Shown here: piece by piece, positions 39,120 to 45,876 of the stretch
Numbering within the stretch: position 1 is the stretch's first letter
Layout of the letters: each line of letters opens with the position of its first letter
Notes under the pieces: generated by a model
What the model was told of the DNA's origin: nothing
Databases searched by the model: none
Seen by the model: only the letters and a program-made list of their open reading frames with translations
Program-made: the position numbers and the translations under genes
NCBI GenBank assembly: GCA_029856105.1
Contig: JAHQWH010000047.1
Coordinates: 1-45,876 of the forward strand
From: Promethearchaeia archaeon
Lineage (GTDB): Archaea; Asgardarchaeota; Lokiarchaeia; Sigyniarchaeales; SOKP01
DNA length: 45,876 bases
Direction: 5' to 3'

Positions 39120-39524
39120 TTAATTTAATTTAAGTTTGGAAAAATAATATACTGGCTTTTTTAGTTTGACTTGAAAATATTCAATTTCTTCTTTTGATTG
39201 ATCCCCAATATATTTATTGACATCAAGTACTAAAATTGCATCTTGATGGTGTAGTTTTCTTAGGGCAACTTCTTGGAGATTATCCCACTCTTCCACCGAG
39301 AATCTTTCTTTATTTAATAATCCGTCAACCGAACAGATTTCGACAAGTTTTTTATAATTAATTTGTAAAATTGACTCGATCTTAATAAAATAATCCTTAA
39401 ATCGCATGGAACCTACTAAAAAGATTTTATTTTCTTTTATTTTTGAAAAATCGTAATCTTGGAACTCATCCAAGAAATTCTTATTTAACCGTTCTTTTTT
39501 TATCATAATTGTATTAATGTTCAT
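39120..39524 (-). CDS. Nucleoside deoxyribosyltransferase-like (Rossmannoid) small protein
   Basis: FLVGSMRF...DAILVLDVNKYIGDQSKEEIEY resembles the NDT-like S...D..LV....G.S...E pattern. Confidence 0.55.
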   Translation of the reverse strand: MNINTIMIKKERLNKNFLDEFQDYDFSKIKENKIFLVGSMRFKDYFIKIESILQINYKKLVEICSVDGLLNKERFSVEEWDNLQEVALRKLHHQDAILVLDVNKYIGDQSKEEIEYFQVKLKKPVYYFSKLKLN

Positions 39525-39541
39525 TCCTATTTAATCCTCAC

Positions 39542-40345
39542 ATGAAATTAAATATTGTCTATCTCGCAGAAAACTTAGAATTTATGAGAAAACTGGATTC
39601 AGAAGTAATCGATCTTATCTATATTGATCCTCCTTTTTACAGTGGCGTCGATTACAAGGAATTTTCTGATTTATGGAAATCGCTAGATGATTATTTAGAT
39701 TTTATGAAATTAAGAATTAAAGAAATGCATCGTATCCTTAAAGAAACGGGTAGTTTTTACCTACATTGCGATACAAATGCAAAATTTGACTTGAAACCTA
39801 TTTGTGATGAAATTTTTGGGCGAAAAAGTTTTCGAAGAGAAATCATTTGGAATGTGGGAAGCGTTTCGGGATTTAAAAGCCAAGTAAATGGTTGGGTACG
39901 CCAGCACGATACAATAATTTATTACACGAAATCATCAGTTTTCACTTTTTATAAACAATATTTACCATATCGAGAAGATTATATTAAAAAAATGTTTAGA
40001 TATAAAGACAAAGAAGGACGATTGTATCGAAAACGCCGAGGAGGTAGACAATACTTAGACGAACGTCCCGGATCATTAGTAGGTGACGTATGGAATGATA
40101 TTTATTCTTTTCAAACGACTACGAGATCGAAGGAATATTTAGGTTATCCCACTCAAAAACCTGAAAAATTACTCGAACGAATAATTTTAGCATCTTCAAA
40201 TGAAGGAGATATCGTTGCTGATTTTTTCTGTGGTTCTGGAACAACAATAGCTATAGCTAAAAAGTTAAATAGAAAATGGATTGGTGTTGATAACAATCAG
40301 AATGCCATCGAATTGTGTAAAGAAAGGCTAAATTTAAACTTATAA
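39542..40345 (+). CDS. DNA methyltransferase, N6-A/N4-C, beta class; apparently orphan
   Basis: Motif IV DPPF precedes motif I DFFCGSGTT; YPTQKPEKLLERII. Confidence 0.92.
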   Translation: MKLNIVYLAENLEFMRKLDSEVIDLIYIDPPFYSGVDYKEFSDLWKSLDDYLDFMKLRIKEMHRILKETGSFYLHCDTNAKFDLKPICDEIFGRKSFRREIIWNVGSVSGFKSQVNGWVRQHDTIIYYTKSSVFTFYKQYLPYREDYIKKMFRYKDKEGRLYRKRRGGRQYLDERPGSLVGDVWNDIYSFQTTTRSKEYLGYPTQKPEKLLERIILASSNEGDIVADFFCGSGTTIAIAKKLNRKWIGVDNNQNAIELCKERLNLNL

Positions 40346-40414
40346 ACCTAAATACAAATATTTTTATTCAATTTTATTCACTTTAACATAAAATTAAACA
40401 ATAATTGAAAAAAA

Positions 40415-40774
40415 GTGGCAAAAATGGGAGAAAAATTCGCGTTATTTGCGTTTAATGGAGATCCTATGTGTTTTATTCACGTAGTATTAAACGCGTTAGA
40501 TCTTGACAAAAAGGGATATGAAGTGAAAGTAATCGTCGAAGGTTCAGCTACGAAATTAGCGGAGCAATTCGAAAACAAGAAGAATCCTTTCTTTAAGCTT
40601 TATCAAGAATTAAAAGATTCAGGATTAATCGATTGTTTCTGCAAAGCGTGTTGTAATAAAATGGGATCTTTAGGTGAAGTGGAGAAACTAGGGTTTCCCC
40701 TCTGCGACGAACTAATGGGGCATCCTAGTATGGCTAGCTATATTAAAAAAGGATTTACAATAATTACATTTTGA
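40415..40774 (+). CDS. DsrE/DsrF-like sulfur-relay or redox family protein
   Basis: GDPMCFIHVVLNAL, EGSA, CKACC, GHPSM. Confidence 0.75.
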   Translation: MAKMGEKFALFAFNGDPMCFIHVVLNALDLDKKGYEVKVIVEGSATKLAEQFENKKNPFFKLYQELKDSGLIDCFCKACCNKMGSLGEVEKLGFPLCDELMGHPSMASYIKKGFTIITF

Positions 40775-40778
40775 TAAT

Positions 40779-42068
40779 TCAAAAAGATTCTGCTCCTAAC
40801 GATAAATAGGCAAACCTAGCAACTGCAGCTAAAATTTGGCTATAGAAGATTAACATCAAAATCCCTATTAATAGGAAAGAAAAAAAAGTTATAAGAACAA
40901 AATAATCTAATTTTTTAATTTTTTTAGAAGCTCTCTTATAATGTTTAATTTTTTCGTACCTATAAAAAAGAACAATTGAAGAAATTGCTATTAAAATGAT
41001 TAAATTAAGGTAAATTAGGGATTTTACTATAGAAAAACCGTACTTCCATACAATAATTCCATTTCTATTTACCTCTAAAATTATTCCGTTATAAGCACTA
41101 CTAATTAGGATATTTCCATTATCTAATAAATCTGCTTCGTAAGGAATAATTAAATCTTGAGCAAAACTCCACACAATTTGTTTACTGTCTTTGTTAACCT
41201 CTATAATTCTACTATTACTACTATCTGTAATCAATATATTTCCATTATCCAGCTCGTCAGCGTCTCTCGGCCAATTTAATCCTTGGTCTAACTTCCACTC
41301 TACTTCTTTTGTTGTATAATTAATTTCGATAATTCGATCGTTTCCAGAATCAGAGATAATTACATTTCCACTATCTAAATAATCGGGGTTATGTTGTCTA
41401 AATAAGAGAGTGTGGTTTTCGTAATCACCATACCACCAATTTATATTATCTGAATTGTTTGGGTCGTTAAAATCTGCGGTGTAATTAACCTCTACTATCA
41501 AATCAAAATTTCTTATAGAAATTAAACATGCATTCCAAGTACTATATTGTTTAAAATCCACATCGTTAAGATGGGACCAATCATAAGTTGAAGGATTATT
41601 ATAATAATGATCAGAATCCCATTTGGGATTAACTTTAGTCCAATTTATTTGTGCGGGCTCCCAACTCCAAATTATACTCTTATTAGGATAATCCACTTCT
41701 ATTACTCTATTATAACCCGTGTCGGCAATTAATAAATGCCCATTAGGTAATTCTAAAACCTCGTGAGGATACGCCAAGCCCCTTAATTCCCAGATTACAT
41801 TTCCCGCGGGATCAACTTCGTATACTTTATGCGCGGGGTTATTCGGTTCTACTGGTTTTTGATCATCGATTCTATTTAAGTGATTTAACATTTCAGAAAA
41901 TGAAGCAGACACTATTAATGTGTTTCCATTAGACTTACGGTCAGCATCGTGAGGGACATCAATCAATTCAAGGTTATTAAATACAAAAAACATTATAATA
42001 TTTGAAGATAACAATAAGATTGCAAAAAATAGAAGAACTCTGTACCTTAATCTTATTCTTCTTAACAT
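40779..42068 (-). CDS. Arylsulfotransferase (ASST)-like beta-propeller membrane protein
   Basis: Repeats PHDAD/PRDADEL.NGN.LI.D; DWSHLNDVD, QHNPD; N-terminal anchor plus two C-terminal TMs. Confidence 0.8.
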   Translation of the reverse strand: MLRRIRLRYRVLLFFAILLLSSNIIMFFVFNNLELIDVPHDADRKSNGNTLIVSASFSEMLNHLNRIDDQKPVEPNNPAHKVYEVDPAGNVIWELRGLAYPHEVLELPNGHLLIADTGYNRVIEVDYPNKSIIWSWEPAQINWTKVNPKWDSDHYYNNPSTYDWSHLNDVDFKQYSTWNACLISIRNFDLIVEVNYTADFNDPNNSDNINWWYGDYENHTLLFRQHNPDYLDSGNVIISDSGNDRIIEINYTTKEVEWKLDQGLNWPRDADELDNGNILITDSSNSRIIEVNKDSKQIVWSFAQDLIIPYEADLLDNGNILISSAYNGIILEVNRNGIIVWKYGFSIVKSLIYLNLIILIAISSIVLFYRYEKIKHYKRASKKIKKLDYFVLITFFSFLLIGILMLIFYSQILAAVARFAYLSLGAESF

Positions 42069-42174
42069 AAATCAGATTTTGCTTTTATTATTTAAATAAG
42101 TTTCGCGTAGTTTTAAAAATGAATGAAGAATTATAGAAAATATTTGAGAAAGCAAAAAAATAGAGAATTTTAAA

Positions 42175-43260
42175 ATGCCTGAAACAAACATATATTTCGA
42201 AAATAATGCCAATCTAGAAAAATTAAAAGATAAAAAAATTGTAATAATAGGGTATGGAAATCAAGGAAGGGCTCAAGCACTTAACTTAAGAGATAGTGGT
42301 CTAGATGTAATAATTGGTAATAAAGAAGACTCCTACAAAGAAAAGGCCATGAAGGATGGTTTTGAGACATTCAACATCTCTGAGGCTGTAAAGCGTGCAG
42401 ATATTGTCTTTCTATTAACTCCAGACGAGACTATGCCCGATATGTTTGAAAAAGAAATTGAGCCAAATCTTAAGGATGGAGCTTGTATAAATTTTGCAAG
42501 CGGATATAACATTGCTTTCAATCTCATAAATCCTCCAGATAACATTGATGTAATAATGATCGCTCCGCGCATGATAGGTGTTGGTGTCAGAGAAAATTAC
42601 CTTAATGGAGAGGGATTTTACAGTTTTATTGGAGTACATCAAGAGGTAACCGGAAATGCTAAAGAAATTCTATTAGCACTTGCAAAAGCACTAGGAACTC
42701 TAAAAAAAGGAGGCGTTGAAATATCAATGAAACAAGAAGCTATATTAGATTTGTTCAATGAACAGGCGTTTGGTCCTGCATTTGGAAGAGTTCTTTTAAC
42801 ATGCATTAAAGTCTTAATTAATAATGGTCTTCCTCCTGAGGCAGTTCTTATTGAAATGTATATGAGTAATGAGATGTCATATACTTATCAAAAAATGGCT
42901 CAAATAGGTCTCGTGAAGCAAACTAATTTCCATTCTCATACTTCTCAATATGGAGCAATGTCAAGAGGAGTTAGATATAGAAAACTGCCTTTGGAAGAGA
43001 AAATGCAAAAGTCTTTTGATGAGATTGCATCTGGAAAATTTGCAAAAGAATGGTCTGGAAAAGTGTCAAAACTTAAATTCAAAATTATAAAATACTTTGC
43101 CATGAAACAAGAAATAAACAAGATTGAACAAGAAGTCCGCAAAAATTTAAAATTGAAAGATTTTGATGTATACTCCGCCCCTGAAAACATTGAAGAACTT
43201 TTGAAAAAACCTGATGTCAAAAACGAGTTAAAAAGCATCATGGATTCTTTTGAATTTTAG
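42175..43260 (+). CDS. ilvC: Ketol-acid reductoisomerase
   Basis: IIGYGNQGRAQALNLRDSG, LTPDE, MIAPR, DLFNEQ, SHTSQYG. Confidence 0.9.
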   Translation: MPETNIYFENNANLEKLKDKKIVIIGYGNQGRAQALNLRDSGLDVIIGNKEDSYKEKAMKDGFETFNISEAVKRADIVFLLTPDETMPDMFEKEIEPNLKDGACINFASGYNIAFNLINPPDNIDVIMIAPRMIGVGVRENYLNGEGFYSFIGVHQEVTGNAKEILLALAKALGTLKKGGVEISMKQEAILDLFNEQAFGPAFGRVLLTCIKVLINNGLPPEAVLIEMYMSNEMSYTYQKMAQIGLVKQTNFHSHTSQYGAMSRGVRYRKLPLEEKMQKSFDEIASGKFAKEWSGKVSKLKFKIIKYFAMKQEINKIEQEVRKNLKLKDFDVYSAPENIEELLKKPDVKNELKSIMDSFEF

Positions 43261-43283
43261 CATATATTGCCTTTGAAAGAGAT

Positions 43284-44114
43284 GTGTTTAAAATGGCTAA
43301 TGAAAATATTGTCATTGGATTAATTATTGGAATAATTGCTTATATCTGTCTTGATATAGGGAAAGGAATCCAAAAGTATGCAATTGAAGGTTTTAAAGAA
43401 GAAAACTCGATTAAGAAAAAAAATTCTGGAATATGGGTCGTTGGAACTATTTTAACGAGTTTGTACATGTTCATCCAATGGGCTGCATTATTTTTTGCCC
43501 CAATTAATATCGTAGCTCCATTAGAAGGTGTTGGGCTAATCATTCTTTTACTTTTTTCTTATTATATCTTAAAAGAACATATAACCCCTATTGAAATTAG
43601 CGGTGTTTTTTTCATAATTGTAGGAACTGTTTTAGTAACACTGTTTAACGCAAATGTTGGAAGCCTTAACATGAGTAATTTCAACCTACTTTTTTTCTTG
43701 TGTTTTTCTATAATTATTCTCCTAATTGAGTCGATTTTAATTTTTATATCTAAATTAAATGATTATAAATATGTTGGAATAATTATTGCGCTTACAGCAG
43801 GAACCACTAACGCATTGCAAACTGTTTCAAAGCGGATTACAACTATTCCCGAAATGACACTATATTTCACTTTAGCTACATTTATTTTTGCGCCATCAAC
43901 TTTGCTTATAACTCAATACGCCTTTACTAAAGCAAAAGCCAATCAAGTTGTACCTTGTTTTACTTCTACTAGCATTATTTTAGCATCCTTAATGGGTGTT
44001 TTAGCTTTAAATGGAAGTATTAGCTGGATTCAAGTTATTGGAATCATTATAATTGTAATTGGGATTATTCTAATTTCAGCATTTCAAAAAAAAAGCGAAA
44101 ATTTAACTAAATAA
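43284..44114 (+). CDS. DMT-superfamily transporter, NIPA Mg2+ transporter-like
   Basis: About 9 TM segments; IQK, WVVG, AALFFAPINIVAPL...FSYYILKE. Confidence 0.75.
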   Translation: MFKMANENIVIGLIIGIIAYICLDIGKGIQKYAIEGFKEENSIKKKNSGIWVVGTILTSLYMFIQWAALFFAPINIVAPLEGVGLIILLLFSYYILKEHITPIEISGVFFIIVGTVLVTLFNANVGSLNMSNFNLLFFLCFSIIILLIESILIFISKLNDYKYVGIIIALTAGTTNALQTVSKRITTIPEMTLYFTLATFIFAPSTLLITQYAFTKAKANQVVPCFTSTSIILASLMGVLALNGSISWIQVIGIIIIVIGIILISAFQKKSENLTK

Positions 44115-44139
44115 CAATAAATCATTAGATAATTTTTCA

Positions 44140-44520
44140 TTAATCCTTTTTAAAAATTATATCTCCAATACCTATCCATTCTTTGGCGTCCTCAAGGTTG
44201 GATACGATTTTCCTTTTGGAAGATTCAACATGCTTTAGAAGATATTTGAATTCTACGCCTAATGGTGGATTTTTCGAGATTATAAAGGCAGATTTGTTAA
44301 GTTTTTCATTGTTTCGTTTTAATAAATCTAAGACTATATCAATTGACTCTATCCGTAAAAGAATCGCTTCGGTAATGTCGATAATTACATTTAAATTCTC
44401 GTGAATGTCTTTAGTTAAATCCTCAAATTCTATTACAAATCTTTCTGCTACAGGTAAAGGAAAGGTTCCAATTGCTTTTATGTAAAAACTATCGTCTCCT
44501 ATTTTCTCAATTTGATACAT
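44140..44520 (-). CDS. Small alpha/beta protein, STAS/SEC14 (SpoIIAA)-like
   Basis: VIIDI...SAFI...NLEDAKEWI C-terminal signature. Confidence 0.6.
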   Translation of the reverse strand: MYQIEKIGDDSFYIKAIGTFPLPVAERFVIEFEDLTKDIHENLNVIIDITEAILLRIESIDIVLDLLKRNNEKLNKSAFIISKNPPLGVEFKYLLKHVESSKRKIVSNLEDAKEWIGIGDIIFKKD

Positions 44521-44733
44521 TTTATCGTCAATTTTTCTGTTTTAAATAAAAGTATACCAAATTGTTTATATTAATTTTTTTCTTTGATTTTTTTTGACAC
44601 AAAAGTTTAAATATGAATATGTCCATTATTATTATGGACGGCTATTAAGAATATAGACGTCCATTTTTAGAATGGCCCCCTCCGGTTTTATAAATTAAAA
44701 ATATAAATGTAAAAATTCAATGGTGATGTTTTA

Positions 44734-45687
44734 ATGAATTTGAAAGTAGAAAGCCTAACTGATACACAAAAAACAAATTTGATAAAATTCCTAAAAAAAA
44801 TTAATTATCCTAAAGAAGAATTAGTATTAGCAGCAAAGATTGAATTAAATGATCCTAATCTTAAAAAAAGTGGTTTGTTTGATGATTCTACAAAAATAGA
44901 AGATTTAATTCATAACGTTGTGCAAAATATTGGTTTAAACTGGTTAATATCAACAATCTCATCTGATATTTTTAAAATATATGAGAAGTCTATTAGTCGA
45001 GGGCAAGCAGAAGCCTTAATAAGACGTATTTTGGGATTTACACTCACAAGTACAGGTCGAAGTCAGCTGTATGAATTACGGAGAAAAATTAGTAGATATG
45101 AAAAATTTTTAAATCACTTTGGAGAATACGGAAAAAAGTTTGACCATTTATTTAAAATAATTATAATCGGATTGAACGATAAACAATCAAATATACTTCC
45201 TTCCATGCTTATCACCCCTAAAGTTTCAGGAGAGAGAAAAACAATCGGAGTTGACTTCTATACCAAAACATTAGAATCTTACGATAAATCTCTTACAAGC
45301 CTACAGTTTTGGAATATTTCAGGAGAAAAAAGATTTGAATTTTTAAGAGAGCATTACTATAAGGGTGCGAGTGCTATTATAATAGTCTATAAAAAGGGAA
45401 ATCGGGAATCGCTAGAGCTAGTTAGAAAGTATTATTCTGAATTTAAAAAAACTACGAATTTAAAATTCAAAATAAGAAAATTGAAAGAAAAGTATATCGA
45501 TACGCCAATTATTCTTGTAGGATTAGGAGATGCGCCTGTAATACCATCAGAAGGAGGTTCCTACCTTGCAAAAGAATTAGATGCAACATACTTCGATAAG
45601 CACGATATCGATGTTAATGAATTTGAAGATATCTTTACTTTTATTTCACTCCAATTACTCGTAAAATGTCAAAATGCACTGAAATAA
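44734..45687 (+). CDS. N-terminal helical domain + Rab-like small GTPase domain with degenerate G motifs
   Basis: FDHLFKIIIIG, TIGVDF, LQFWNISGEKRF, YYKGASAIIIVY; P-loop GKS/T and NKxD absent. Confidence 0.8.
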   Translation: MNLKVESLTDTQKTNLIKFLKKINYPKEELVLAAKIELNDPNLKKSGLFDDSTKIEDLIHNVVQNIGLNWLISTISSDIFKIYEKSISRGQAEALIRRILGFTLTSTGRSQLYELRRKISRYEKFLNHFGEYGKKFDHLFKIIIIGLNDKQSNILPSMLITPKVSGERKTIGVDFYTKTLESYDKSLTSLQFWNISGEKRFEFLREHYYKGASAIIIVYKKGNRESLELVRKYYSEFKKTTNLKFKIRKLKEKYIDTPIILVGLGDAPVIPSEGGSYLAKELDATYFDKHDIDVNEFEDIFTFISLQLLVKCQNALK

Positions 45688-45700
45688 GCTAATTTTTTTT

Positions 45701-45876
45701 TTATTTTTTTTCAGATACATTTATATCAAAATCAAATAGTTTGTCTTGAATTTTGTTCCTTATTTCCTTAGAGATGTTATTTATTATTTCTTCAGGGACA
45801 TATTCCAAGTATGCGTATAACTCATTTTGAATTATCAGCCCAATTTCACTCATAGATTTTTCAATAGTTTCGTGTT
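45701..45876 (-). CDS. C-terminus of a hypothetical protein entering from beyond the window
   Basis: Open frame ...HETIEKSMSEIGLIIQNELYAYLEYVPEEIINNISKEIRNKIQDKLFDFDINVSEKK*, TAA at 45703..45701. Confidence 0.6.
   Translation of the reverse strand, partial: HETIEKSMSEIGLIIQNELYAYLEYVPEEIINNISKEIRNKIQDKLFDFDINVSEKK

Noticed and set aside
20700-40345. CoiA-like nuclease plus methyltransferase as a restriction-modification pair
   Set aside because: 18 kb apart with housekeeping genes between them; no evidence of linkage.

Overview
AT-rich archaeal chromosomal window, most consistent with an Asgard archaeon of the Lokiarchaeia/Promethearchaeota type. This is inferred from an intron-containing tRNA-Tyr with C1-G72, a eukaryote-like ubiquitin E1 and E2, a Rab-like domain, a GPN-loop GTPase, a PDCD5 homologue and an IFT52-like GIFT protein. 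It holds about 42 CDSs, mostly housekeeping or metabolic, one tRNA, one complete IS200/IS605 (IS1341-type, tnpB-only) element and one decayed tnpB fragment. Top finding: an unannotated minus-strand ORF (29824..29627) absent from the ORF track. It encodes a 65-aa single-pass membrane protein with an in-frame UGA in a GGG-U-x-C context, followed immediately by a eukaryote-like SECIS hairpin (AUGA / 8-bp helix / AAAA loop / GA), so it is a candidate new selenoprotein reminiscent of SelK/SelS. Other points of note: a UBA3/UBA2-like self-contained E1 near an E2 with a loop insertion, a 1641-aa protein with 14 MIT/TPR-like repeats, a stand-alone phospho-His (PEP-utiliser) domain with an uncharacterised partner cluster, a GPN GTPase that needs an ATT start, a TnpB with a Fanzor-type rearranged RuvC, a Rab pseudo-GTPase and two structured intergenic RNA candidates. 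All calls come from reading motifs by eye; no database searches were run.
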